Of a stretch of DNA of 38,468 bases, positions 17,026 to 25,874 are shown piece by piece. Source of the stretch: an archaeon (GTDB taxonomy: Archaea; Nanobdellota; Nanobdellia; SCGC-AAA011-G17; GCA-2687815). The first letter of the stretch is position 1; the number at the start of each line of letters is the position of its first letter. The position numbers were made by a program, and so were the translations under genes. The stretch is from contig NZBH01000006.1 of the NCBI GenBank assembly GCA_002687815.1, positions 1-38,468 on the forward strand. Reading direction: 5' to 3'. Below the pieces are notes generated by a model. That model was not told where the DNA came from and ran no database searches. It saw nothing but the letters and a program-made list of their open reading frames with translations.

Positions 17026-17121
17026 ATGGTAAAGAAAAAAAATATGAAGGTAAAGAAAGTTGAAGTAAAAAAACCTAAGAACAAATTTTTAGGATTCTTC
17101 AAAAGTCTTATCGGAAAATAA
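17026..17121 (+). CDS. Putative small cationic peptide, 31 aa
   Basis: Not in the ORF track because it is shorter than 60 aa. Sequence MVKKKNMKVKKVEVKKPKNKFLGFFKSLIGK. It has the same SD (GAGGTG, 5-nt spacer) as bona fide genes in this window and its own TATA-like box. No homology is recognisable. Confidence 0.3.
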   Translation: MVKKKNMKVKKVEVKKPKNKFLGFFKSLIGK

Positions 17122-17160
17122 TAATTATTAAATATTAATGAGTTAAGAAGTATAATTAAA

Positions 17161-17168
17161 TTTAAATA
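17161..17168 (+). promoter_or_regulatory. TATA-box-like element (TTTAAATA) for the 17192 gene, with leaderless geometry
   Basis: The box ends 23 nt before the ATG at 17192. No SD motif lies in between. Confidence 0.35.
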
Positions 17169-17191
17169 TAATTCTGTTTCTATATTTTTTT

Positions 17192-18142
17192 ATGGATTTT
17201 AAGATTAAAGAGGGTTATTTGGTTTATCAAACATCTAGAGACCCTGTTTTAGTTACACCACATTCTGGTCCTGCCCTAGAGATTGCAACTTCAAGGGACG
17301 ATAATAGTGAAACTGTTGCCAGTCTTTGTTGGCAAAAAATAGGTGGTACTCTAATTATTTCTAATGTTTCAAGAAAAAGGATGTGGGGAATTGACTTTAA
17401 TAGAGATATTCCTCCAAAAAAAATTGCATTAGATATGTTTAACAAATTCGTTGAAGGAGAAGAAACAGATGAATTATTTAAATATGGAGAAAAATATAGT
17501 TGGGTTGCAGTAAGTGAAAAAGACTATGAAAGAAGGTTAAATATCTATAAAAAATTCTGGATGGACGTTGGAAAGGGAAATTTTATTGTTCTAATTCATA
17601 GGGCTTTTCCAAGAATAAAATTAATTCCAGGATTAATAGATGTTATGAGTTTTAATCTAGAATTAAAAGAAAGATTACCAGATATAATTAATAGAATAAA
17701 TTCAAAGTACGAATCTTTTTTTAAAAAAATAGAGAAGGATTACAAACAAATGATTTTTTTTGAAGAAAAAAGATTTGTATGCAATGTTTTAAAGACACAC
17801 AATAGTTTCAATTTAGAGGCTATGAACTTGGATTTTAAACAGAATATTGCAAAAGATTTAGAAGTGATTAAAAGAATTTTAGGAGAATATTATTATAGAT
17901 CTCTAATAAACCATTTTAATTCTAAAAATTTTATATCTGCTACAAAAAATATCCTTAGTACAATTGGTCCACCAAGAGTTACAATAGAACAAGCATTTAG
18001 TGGAGAATTATCCTATGGACCAAAACAAATGTTAGACTCATCAAAAAAAATTCTTCAAATAGAACCAAGCAGATTTATGAATTTCTGGTATCCAAAAGTT
18101 ACAGCTGATATTATAGAAGAAATTGTAACTAGACTACAATAA
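17192..18142 (+). CDS. N-formylglutamate amidohydrolase (FGase)-like putative amidohydrolase
   Basis: 316 aa. The N-terminal third, PVLVTPHSGPALE..TSRDDNSETVASLCWQKIGGTLIISNVSRKRMWGIDFNRD, follows the FGase family pattern (PH.G ... D..t..la ... g..li....sR...DlNR). The remainder is unrecognised. Confidence 0.5.
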   Translation: MDFKIKEGYLVYQTSRDPVLVTPHSGPALEIATSRDDNSETVASLCWQKIGGTLIISNVSRKRMWGIDFNRDIPPKKIALDMFNKFVEGEETDELFKYGEKYSWVAVSEKDYERRLNIYKKFWMDVGKGNFIVLIHRAFPRIKLIPGLIDVMSFNLELKERLPDIINRINSKYESFFKKIEKDYKQMIFFEEKRFVCNVLKTHNSFNLEAMNLDFKQNIAKDLEVIKRILGEYYYRSLINHFNSKNFISATKNILSTIGPPRVTIEQAFSGELSYGPKQMLDSSKKILQIEPSRFMNFWYPKVTADIIEEIVTRLQ

Positions 18143-18958
18143 TTTTTTTAAAATAAAATTTATTACTTTTTCTGCTATATTTACATCAAGTATTCTTTCA
18201 GAAGAAACAAATTGTGGTGAAATATTGCATTCTAATAAATAATTATTTTCATTTTTGTCCATAATAAAGTCAATTCCACAAAAATCACTTCCAATAATTT
18301 TAGATACTAAAATCGCTTTTTTCTTTATTTCTTCTGAAGGCTCATATTTATTTAATATTTTTACTCCAATCCCAGTATAATTCCCATTTTCTTTAAATCT
18401 TGTTTTTCTTTCAACAGTTTCAACAATTTTATTATTTACTAAAATAATACGTATATCTTTTTCAACATCCAAAAATTCTTCAATAATATAATCAGAAATA
18501 TCATATTCACTAAGAAATTTTTCTAATTCTTTTTTTGTATCTATCACAAATATATTTTTTCCTCTGCTACTTATTCTTTTTTTTATTATAATTGGAAAAG
18601 ATTCTATTCCATCAGTTAAAGAATAAATTTTTGGCATTTCCAGTGCATTTCCAAATAAATCATGTTGAAATAACTTATCTTCATAAGAAGGAAATTTATT
18701 ATAAGCCTTATAATCAAAGGATTTGTGTTCTCCAAAGAATTTTAACATTTTTTTAAAATAAGTAGAATAATCTGTTCCAGTATTATACGGATCTCTTAGA
18801 ATACAAAAATTAAAATCTTTAAATTTTTCTGGTTTAAAATCCTTTAAATTAAACTCTTCATAAAAAATTTTTAGAATATCTATATCTTTCTTCTTTGCTT
18901 CTTCTATTATCTTGTCACAAGATAAATCTTTTTTAGTTGTAACAATTAATAATTTCAT
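18134..18958 (-). CDS. ATP-grasp ligase, RimK-like
   Basis: 274 aa. FPIIIKKRISSRGKNIFVI (ATP-binding Lys strand), YIIEEFL (hinge), KDIRIILVNNKIV, CGIDFIMDKNENNYLLECNISPQF (Mg/ATP site). The 3' end overlaps the convergent 17192..18142 gene by 9 nt. Confidence 0.75.
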   Translation of the reverse strand: MKLLIVTTKKDLSCDKIIEEAKKKDIDILKIFYEEFNLKDFKPEKFKDFNFCILRDPYNTGTDYSTYFKKMLKFFGEHKSFDYKAYNKFPSYEDKLFQHDLFGNALEMPKIYSLTDGIESFPIIIKKRISSRGKNIFVIDTKKELEKFLSEYDISDYIIEEFLDVEKDIRIILVNNKIVETVERKTRFKENGNYTGIGVKILNKYEPSEEIKKKAILVSKIIGSDFCGIDFIMDKNENNYLLECNISPQFVSSERILDVNIAEKVINFILKKLL

Positions 18959-18969
18959 AATTTTATATA

Positions 18970-19063
18970 TGCGCCAGGCGGGAATCGAACCCGCACCACA
19001 AACTTTTTGCTTTTCTTAAAAATTTCTTGGCAAGCTTGTATTGTACCATTCAACCACTAGCGC
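18970..19063 (-). tRNA. tRNA-Gly (anticodon GCC) with a ~23-nt canonical-position intron
   Basis: Hand fold: GCGCTAG/TG/GTTG-AATGGTA-CAAT/A/CAAGC-TTGCCA[intron AGAAATTTTTAAGAAAAGCAAAA, ~19005..19027]A-GTTTG/TGGT/GCGGG-TTCGATT-CCCGC/CTGGCGC/A. CCA is not encoded. Confidence 0.85.
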
Positions 19064-19066
19064 GAG

Positions 19067-19139
19067 TGGGCCTGGCAAGAGTCGAACTTGCGACCTTCGC
19101 CGTGTAAAGGCGACGTCATAACCACTAGACCACAGGCCC
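19067..19139 (-). tRNA. tRNA-Val (anticodon UAC)
   Basis: Hand fold: GGGCCTG/TG/GTCT-AGTGGTTA-TGAC/G/TCGCC-TTTACAC-GGCGA/AGGTC/GCAAG-TTCGACT-CTTGC/CAGGCCC/A. 73 nt, no intron. It lies 3 nt upstream of tRNA-Gly. Confidence 0.9.
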
Positions 19140-19198
19140 TTGATATAAGTTGAAAAAGAAGAAGTGTGTTTAAAAAGTTTATGTTATTTAAAAAGGCC

Positions 19199-20017
19199 TT
19201 ATTTTCCGCTTTCAGCCCTTCTTAGATATTCTTCAATATCTAAAGGTTTTTCCGAGGTGCTAATAAGTTCTCTAATTTTTTTATCATGTTCAACAAGTCT
19301 TCTCTTTATTTCTTCTCTAATACTAACAGAATTATTAAATGATGTAGATAAATCTTTTATAAATTTCATCATATTATTTAGATTTTCTTGAACTATTTGA
19401 TTATCATTATTACTACCTTTTTTAAGCTCAATCATTCTTTCTTTCATTTGATTGGTTATTTGTAAATTAAGAGAATATTTTTCATCAATCTTTGTTTTAA
19501 TATCTTTAACTAAAGCAACTTTCCTAGAAATTTCTTTATTAAGTCTATCTAAAGTATCAAGTCTAGTTCTTATATTTCTACTAAAACCATCAAAAGTTGA
19601 AACAGTCACTGCTTTGGATTTTAAATTCTTTACTTCCTTTAAAAGATCTGTTGCTGTTTTGTTTAGTTCACCTATTTTACCTGATTGATCTTTCATATGA
19701 CCTGAAACTAATTTAAAACCACGTTCATGTTCTTTTGTTTTACGTTTTAAATCTACTAAATTACTTTTAAGGCCTTTATCCAATTTTTTTAATTTACGAA
19801 GAGAAATATCTTTTTTGGGATTTGATTCTGGTTTTAATTCAGGCTTCTTAAACTCTGGAACTTTTAATTCATTTTTTTTATAGATACTTGTTCTTTTTAT
19901 TTTTGGAATATCAGTTTTTTTAGAAAGATCTTTTAAGTCAATTGGCTTTAATTCTTTAAATTCTGGTAATTCCAACTTAAAGGATTCTTGTTCAAGCCTC
20001 TTTTTTCTGAAGAACAT
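19199..20017 (-). CDS. Hypothetical coiled-coil protein
   Basis: 272 aa, Lys/Glu-rich. N-terminal short repeats (ELPEFKELKP / KVPEFKKPELKPE), then long heptad-like helical segments. No catalytic motif. Confidence 0.55.
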   Translation of the reverse strand: MFFRKKRLEQESFKLELPEFKELKPIDLKDLSKKTDIPKIKRTSIYKKNELKVPEFKKPELKPESNPKKDISLRKLKKLDKGLKSNLVDLKRKTKEHERGFKLVSGHMKDQSGKIGELNKTATDLLKEVKNLKSKAVTVSTFDGFSRNIRTRLDTLDRLNKEISRKVALVKDIKTKIDEKYSLNLQITNQMKERMIELKKGSNNDNQIVQENLNNMMKFIKDLSTSFNNSVSIREEIKRRLVEHDKKIRELISTSEKPLDIEEYLRRAESGK

Positions 20018-20107
20018 AATAGTTCTAATTGTTATTTTATATTTAAATATTGCGTTTTAGTCTATAAAACAAAAGATTTATATAACTAAAAAGTAGGAAA
20101 TTCTATT

Positions 20108-21922
20108 ATGAATAAAAACAATAAAGAAGTTAAAATTCCAGAGGAATTAAAGAAAAAATTTGAAGTAATTAAGTCTAAACTAGATAGATTTAAGAATAAA
20201 TTATTAGAAAAACATAATAAAAATATTGCTGGAATTTCTTTATTACCTCCAAAGAATATTGAGAAAGAAATAGAAAGAGCAAAAGTTGAGGAAAATAGAG
20301 AACTAACTCAAGTTGAAATTGAAAAATTAAAAAATACAATAAGTGTTCTTGTTTTAATTTCTGATAGTAATAAAAAAGAAGATCAAAAAAAATTAATTGA
20401 TGAAATAAATAAAATTGCTGAAGATATTGATAAAAATATAGACATAAAAATTTCTTCTTTAAATGAAATAGAAGAAATGTGTTTTGATGGCAAATATGAT
20501 CTTTTACAATTAGTTGCTATTAGCGCTATATTATACGATCCAAAAGATGTTTTAGCTGCATTAAAAATATCTGAAGTTCATAAGAGCATGTCTATTAAAA
20601 AATTCGATAAATATATTGTTAGTTATGTTGCTGCTGGTTCTTTATTCAGAGGAGAAAAATCTAATGATATTGATGTTTACATCATTGTTGATGATACTGA
20701 TGTTAAAAAAATGTTAAGAGCAGAATTAAAAGATAAATTAAGAGCAATTATTTACACTCTTGGTTATGATGCTTCTGCAATTACTGGTGTTAAAAAATCA
20801 TTCCATATTCAAGTTTATATTCTAACTGATTTCTGGGAATCAATAAAAGATGCTCAACCAGTTATTTTTACTTTATTAAGAGATGGTGTTCCATTATTTG
20901 ATAAAGGAGTATTTACACCATGGCGTTTATTATTAAAAATGGGAAGAATAAAGCCAAGTCCAGAAGCAATAGATATGCAAATGGATCTTGGAGATAAATT
21001 AATGGGTAGAATTAAGTCAAAACTTTTAGGAGTAGTTAGCGAAGATCTTTATTTTGCTACATTAAATCCAGCACAAGCAGCTTTAATGTTACATGGAGTA
21101 GCTCCTCCAACACCAAAAGAAACAGTTAGACTATTAGAAGAAATATTTGTTAAGAAAGAAAAATTACTAGAAAAAAAGTATGTTGATACACTAGAAAAAG
21201 TAAGAAAATATTACAAGGATATAGAACATCATAAAGTAAAGGAAATTAAAGGGGAAGAAATAGACAAATTAGTAAATGAAGTTGAAGATTATCTTAAAAG
21301 AATAAAGAAATTATTTAACCAAATAGAAAAGAAAAGAGGTTCTGGAGATATTGTAGAAATACATGATGCTTGTATAAATTTAGTAAAGAATGCACTAATT
21401 TCTTTAGACATTAGTGTTACTTCTTCAAATGTAGTTCAGAAATTTAAAAAACATCTAGTAGAAGAAGGTAATCTTCCAGATAATTTTTTAAAAATTTTAA
21501 AGAGAATAATAAAAGCTAAACAAGATTATAAAAATTTAACAAAACAAGAAATGGAAAAAGTAAAGAAAGATGCAAGATTTTTCCTTAGAAGTTTATTAGA
21601 ATACTTACAAAGAAGTAAACTAATGGGATTAGATAAATCCAAAATTGGAGTTAAACACGGTAAAAAATTAGGAGAAATTCTATTCTTAGATAAAATTGCT
21701 TTTGTAACAAAAGATGTTAATGCTAAACAAAAAGAAATACTTAAAGTAACTATTTCAAAAGATGGAAGTTTTGGAGATATAAAGAAGAGTTCTAAAAGTG
21801 AAATAGAAAATAGTGTAAATAAAATAACAAAATTCCCAGAAAAAATAGCAATTCAAGAAAAAACTTATAAAGCATTAAAAAAGATCTTTGGGAAAGGCGC
21901 TGAAATCTTAATAAAATATTAG
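20108..21922 (+). CDS. Nucleotidyltransferase-domain protein (Pol-beta superfamily) with helical HEPN/KNTase-C-like domains
   Basis: 604 aa. NTase motif GSLFRGEKSNDIDVYIIVDD. Downstream block PVIFTLLRDGVPLFDKGVFTPW..LLKMGRIKPSPEA...LYFATLNPAQAALMLHGVAPPTPKE is homologous to the 25871..26677 protein. Confidence 0.7.
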   Translation: MNKNNKEVKIPEELKKKFEVIKSKLDRFKNKLLEKHNKNIAGISLLPPKNIEKEIERAKVEENRELTQVEIEKLKNTISVLVLISDSNKKEDQKKLIDEINKIAEDIDKNIDIKISSLNEIEEMCFDGKYDLLQLVAISAILYDPKDVLAALKISEVHKSMSIKKFDKYIVSYVAAGSLFRGEKSNDIDVYIIVDDTDVKKMLRAELKDKLRAIIYTLGYDASAITGVKKSFHIQVYILTDFWESIKDAQPVIFTLLRDGVPLFDKGVFTPWRLLLKMGRIKPSPEAIDMQMDLGDKLMGRIKSKLLGVVSEDLYFATLNPAQAALMLHGVAPPTPKETVRLLEEIFVKKEKLLEKKYVDTLEKVRKYYKDIEHHKVKEIKGEEIDKLVNEVEDYLKRIKKLFNQIEKKRGSGDIVEIHDACINLVKNALISLDISVTSSNVVQKFKKHLVEEGNLPDNFLKILKRIIKAKQDYKNLTKQEMEKVKKDARFFLRSLLEYLQRSKLMGLDKSKIGVKHGKKLGEILFLDKIAFVTKDVNAKQKEILKVTISKDGSFGDIKKSSKSEIENSVNKITKFPEKIAIQEKTYKALKKIFGKGAEILIKY

Positions 21923-21925
21923 AAA

Positions 21926-22183
21926 ATGAATGGTACAATTGTAAATTTTAGACGTGGAAGGCATACTCAATATCCTAATCAAGCCATTATTCATATAGAT
22001 AGTTCTAAATCAAAAGAAGATGCTGAAAAAATGTTAGATAAAAAAGTTACTTGGACTACTGCAAGTAAAAAAGAAATTATTGGTAAAACTACTAAAGCTC
22101 ATGGAAATAGCGGGGCAATTTTAGCAAGATTTGAAACAGGATTACCAGGACAATGTATTGGTACAAAGGTGAAGGTAGAATAA
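21926..22183 (+). CDS. rpl35ae: 50S ribosomal protein eL33 (L35Ae)
   Basis: 85 aa. IVNFRRGRHTQYPNQAII...KVTWTT...GKTTKAHGNSGAILARFETGLPGQCIGTKV. Confidence 0.85.
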   Translation: MNGTIVNFRRGRHTQYPNQAIIHIDSSKSKEDAEKMLDKKVTWTTASKKEIIGKTTKAHGNSGAILARFETGLPGQCIGTKVKVE

Positions 22184-22184
22184 A

Positions 22185-22709
22185 ATGGCAGGATTAAGAA
22201 AAGGTAAATGTTATAGGCACATTACTAGAGCATATACTAGAAAGAGTAAATTTAGAAAGAAATCTTACATAGCTGCTATACCAACTACAAAAATTATAAA
22301 ATTTGATATGGGTAATGTTAAAAAGAAATTTCAATATGAAGTAAATTTAATTTCTAAAAATCCTATACAGATAAGACATAATGCTTTAGAATCTTCTAGA
22401 ATGGTTGTAAATAGAAAATTAAATGAAAAATTAAGTGATATAAATTATCATTTCAAATTAAGGGTTCATCCACATCATGTTTTAAGAGAAAATAAAATGT
22501 TAACTGGTGCACATGCAGATAGAATGCAAACAGGAATGCAACGTGCATTTGGTAGAGCTGTTGGTATTGCAGCTCAAGTTAAAAAAGGAAAAGAAGTATT
22601 TTCAATACGTGTAAACAAAAAATATCTTGAAATTACAAAAGAAATTTTAAAAACAGCAACACCAAGATTACCTGGAAATTATATTATTGAAGTTAATCAA
22701 ATAAATTAG
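22185..22709 (+). CDS. rpl10e: 50S ribosomal protein uL16 (L10e)
   Basis: 174 aa. GKCYRHITRAYTRKSKF..., HPHHVLRENKMLTGAHADRMQTGMQRAFG. Confidence 0.9.
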   Translation: MAGLRKGKCYRHITRAYTRKSKFRKKSYIAAIPTTKIIKFDMGNVKKKFQYEVNLISKNPIQIRHNALESSRMVVNRKLNEKLSDINYHFKLRVHPHHVLRENKMLTGAHADRMQTGMQRAFGRAVGIAAQVKKGKEVFSIRVNKKYLEITKEILKTATPRLPGNYIIEVNQIN

Positions 22710-22805
22710 TCACAATATTTTTAGCTTGTTCTGTTTTTCTTTAAATAAATTTTGGTAATTTTATAACAAAAACTTTATTAATCCATTAAAGTTAGTTTTT
22801 AAAAA

Positions 22806-25172
22806 ATGGGTGATAAAGAAATTGCATGGTTCAAGGAGATTTCTAAATCTGATATTCCTTTAGTAGGTGGTAAGGGAGCAAATTTAGGAGAAATGTATAA
22901 TTCTAGATTTCCAATTCCTGCTGGTTTTTGTGTAACTGCAGATTCTTATAAGATATTTTTAGAAGAATCAGGAATAGGAGAAAGAATTTATCCTGTTTTG
23001 GATGAATTAGATGTAAATGATACAGAAAAACTTCAAGAAGTAGCCGAACAGGTTCAAAATGTAATTCTTAATGCTAAAATGCCTTCCGGAGTAAAAGAAA
23101 AAATAATTGAGGCTTATAATAATTTAAACATAGATATAGATGTCTATAAATTAGCTGGAAAAGAAGCATTATCAATGGTAAAGGCTGGTCGTGATATACC
23201 TTTTGTTGCCGTAAGAAGTTCTGCTACAGCAGAAGATTTACCAACAGCTAGTTTTGCTGGACAACAAAAAACTTATTTGAATGTAAAAGGTTCAGAAAAT
23301 GTAACAATAGCTGTTCAAAAATGTTGGGCTTCATTATTTACTGCAAGAGCCATTTATTATAGAATTAAAAATAATTTTGATCATAAAAAAGTTTTTATTG
23401 CAGTAGTGATCCAAAAAATGGTAAATTCTACTAGAGCTGGAGTAGCTTTTTCTATTAATCCAAGTACAAATAATGAAAATGAAATAATCATAGAAGCTGG
23501 TTGGGGTCTTGGAGATGCTGTTGTTGCTGGTCAAGTAACACCAGATAATTATATCATAGATAAGAAAAGTCTTGAAATTAAAGATGTAAAACTTAATGAT
23601 CAGGAATTTGAATACGTCCGGGATAATAATCTTGGTAGAACAGTTAAAAGAAGTGTTCCTCAGGGAAAGAAAAATACTCAAATTCTTTCAGTTAATGAGA
23701 TAAAGAGATTAGCAAAATTAGTTTTAAATATAGAAAATCATTATGGAAAACCACAAGATATAGAATGGGCTGTTGAAGATGGAAGATTATTCATTGTTCA
23801 AGCTAGACCAGTTACAACTGTTAAAAAAGTTGAGAAACAAGAAACTATTACAAAAGAACAAGAAGCTCCAAAAGAAGATATTCCTAAAGATGAAATTTTA
23901 TCTGGATTAGCAGCAAGTCCCGGAATTGGTTCTGGCTCTGTTAAAATTGTTCACGATCTTTCTGACTTAAGTAAAATTCAAAAAGGAAATATTTTAGTTG
24001 CTAAAATGACAAATCCAGATTATGTTGCTGCAATGGAAAGAGCATCTGCTATAGTTACTGATGAAGGTGGAACAACTTGTCATGCAGCTATTGTTAGTAG
24101 AGAAATGGGAGTCCCCTGTGTTGTTGGAACAGAAAAAGCAACCCAAGTATTAAAAGAAGATCAAGATATAACAGTAGATGGTAGTAAAGGAAAAGTCTAT
24201 GGTGGAAAAGTTGATATTAAAGAAGAAAAAGAAGTTTCTCCAGAAGGACCTGCTGAAGATGTAGAAACAATTACCGAAGTTAAAGTTCTCATGGATCTTC
24301 CAAAATATGCAGAGAAAGCAGCAACAACCGGAGCAGATGGTGTTGGTTTATTAAGATGTGAATTTATCATTCTTGGAGAAAAAGAACATCCTATTTATCT
24401 TATTCAACAAAATAGAAAACATGAATTTGTTGAAGACTTAGCAAAAAATGTTTCTATAATTGCTAATGCATTCAAAGGAAAACCAGTTTGGTATAGAACT
24501 TTGGATGCACCTACAGATGAATTCAGAAGATTAAAGGGCGGAGAAGGAGAACCAGAAGAAGATAATCCAATGATGGGTTGGCGTTCAATTAGAAGAGAAT
24601 TAGATCAGCCAGAATTATTAAAGGCTGAATTTGAAGCTATAAAGAAAGTTCATGATCAGGGTTTAACTAATGTTGGTATTATGCTGCCATTAGTTACAAG
24701 TGTTGAACAAGTAAAAAAAGCAAAAGTATATCTTAAAGAAATTGGTTTAGAGCCACAAGAAAATATTGATTTTGGAGTTATGATAGAAACTCCTGCTTCT
24801 GTTCAAATTATTAAGGAATTATGCGAAGAAGGTCTTGATTTTGTTTCTTTTGGCACAAATGATCTAACACAATTTACTTTAGCAGTTGATAGAAATAATG
24901 CAAAAGTTCAAAGATTATATAATGAAATGCATCCTGCTATTTTAAGGCAGATTAAGCATGTAATAAAAGTTTGTCGTGAATACCATGTTGAAACAAGTAT
25001 TTGTGGACAAGCTGGTTCTAATCCTGAAATGGCTGAATTTTTAGTAAAACAGGGCATTGATAGTATTACGGCAAATCCAGATGCAGTAGCTAAAATAAGA
25101 AGAATTGTAGCAAGAGCAGAGAAGAAGCTTTTATTGAGTGTAGCTAGGTCAAAAATAGATAAAACAGGATAA
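22806..25172 (+). CDS. ppsA: Phosphoenolpyruvate synthase (pyruvate, water dikinase)
   Basis: 788 aa. GGKGANLGEM (ATP-grasp N-domain), phosphohistidine swivel TDEGGTTCHAAIVSREMGVPCVVG, PEP-utilising TIM domain GVGLLRCEF...FGTNDLTQ. Confidence 0.92.
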   Translation: MGDKEIAWFKEISKSDIPLVGGKGANLGEMYNSRFPIPAGFCVTADSYKIFLEESGIGERIYPVLDELDVNDTEKLQEVAEQVQNVILNAKMPSGVKEKIIEAYNNLNIDIDVYKLAGKEALSMVKAGRDIPFVAVRSSATAEDLPTASFAGQQKTYLNVKGSENVTIAVQKCWASLFTARAIYYRIKNNFDHKKVFIAVVIQKMVNSTRAGVAFSINPSTNNENEIIIEAGWGLGDAVVAGQVTPDNYIIDKKSLEIKDVKLNDQEFEYVRDNNLGRTVKRSVPQGKKNTQILSVNEIKRLAKLVLNIENHYGKPQDIEWAVEDGRLFIVQARPVTTVKKVEKQETITKEQEAPKEDIPKDEILSGLAASPGIGSGSVKIVHDLSDLSKIQKGNILVAKMTNPDYVAAMERASAIVTDEGGTTCHAAIVSREMGVPCVVGTEKATQVLKEDQDITVDGSKGKVYGGKVDIKEEKEVSPEGPAEDVETITEVKVLMDLPKYAEKAATTGADGVGLLRCEFIILGEKEHPIYLIQQNRKHEFVEDLAKNVSIIANAFKGKPVWYRTLDAPTDEFRRLKGGEGEPEEDNPMMGWRSIRRELDQPELLKAEFEAIKKVHDQGLTNVGIMLPLVTSVEQVKKAKVYLKEIGLEPQENIDFGVMIETPASVQIIKELCEEGLDFVSFGTNDLTQFTLAVDRNNAKVQRLYNEMHPAILRQIKHVIKVCREYHVETSICGQAGSNPEMAEFLVKQGIDSITANPDAVAKIRRIVARAEKKLLLSVARSKIDKTG

Positions 25173-25247
25173 ATTCTAATAGGAACCTTTATATATTATT
25201 AATTACCAATTAATAGTAACAAAATATAATAAATTGAGGTAAAAAAA

Positions 25248-25874
25248 ATGAATAGAGAAAATAAAGAAAGAAATTCAACATTGCAAGATTTAGTTGATTT
25301 TACAAAGATTTCTGTAGCTACTGATGCAGAAAACCCATTATATGTTAATTATGCTTTTCAAGATCATTTAGAAACTTTAGATAATTTAGAATACGGAGAA
25401 GCAATAAAAAGAGAAGTAGAACCAGTAATTAAAGCATTAAAGAATGATATTCAAAGAGAAGGTAAAATTCCAGAATGGGCAAGTAGACAAGGTGGATTTT
25501 TAGAAAATTATAAAAGATTACATGCAACTATCTTAAATCAAGCCCAAATAGCTGATTTAATAAATGCAGCTAATGTAGTTGGTTATGATCCGGCAGATTT
25601 TTCAAATATAGTAGATCCAACTGAAGAATATGGTAGAATAGCTGGAGATATCCAAGAAATATCAAAGAGAGAAGCAATAGCTAGAATAAATGGTGAAAAC
25701 TTAACATTAAATGATGAAGAAAAAAGAATTAAAGATAAAGGAATAGCAGTTAAAGTATTACAAGAAATGACAAATAAAGCTATAATCTTCGGATTTGATA
25801 CTGAATACCATGATGATGTCTTGGATAGTATTAACGAAAAATACGCACCACAAGAAAATCAAGAATCAGCTTAA
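25248..25874 (+). CDS. Hypothetical protein
   Basis: 208 aa. SD GAGGT lies upstream. No recognisable motif. The 3' end overlaps the convergent NTase gene by 4 nt. Confidence 0.55.
   Translation: MNRENKERNSTLQDLVDFTKISVATDAENPLYVNYAFQDHLETLDNLEYGEAIKREVEPVIKALKNDIQREGKIPEWASRQGGFLENYKRLHATILNQAQIADLINAANVVGYDPADFSNIVDPTEEYGRIAGDIQEISKREAIARINGENLTLNDEEKRIKDKGIAVKVLQEMTNKAIIFGFDTEYHDDVLDSINEKYAPQENQESA

Noticed and set aside
18959-19198. The tRNA pair as an integration site for a genomic island carrying the ATP-grasp/amidohydrolase genes
   Set aside because: There is no integrase or recombinase gene. I could find no direct repeat of either tRNA 3' end nearby.
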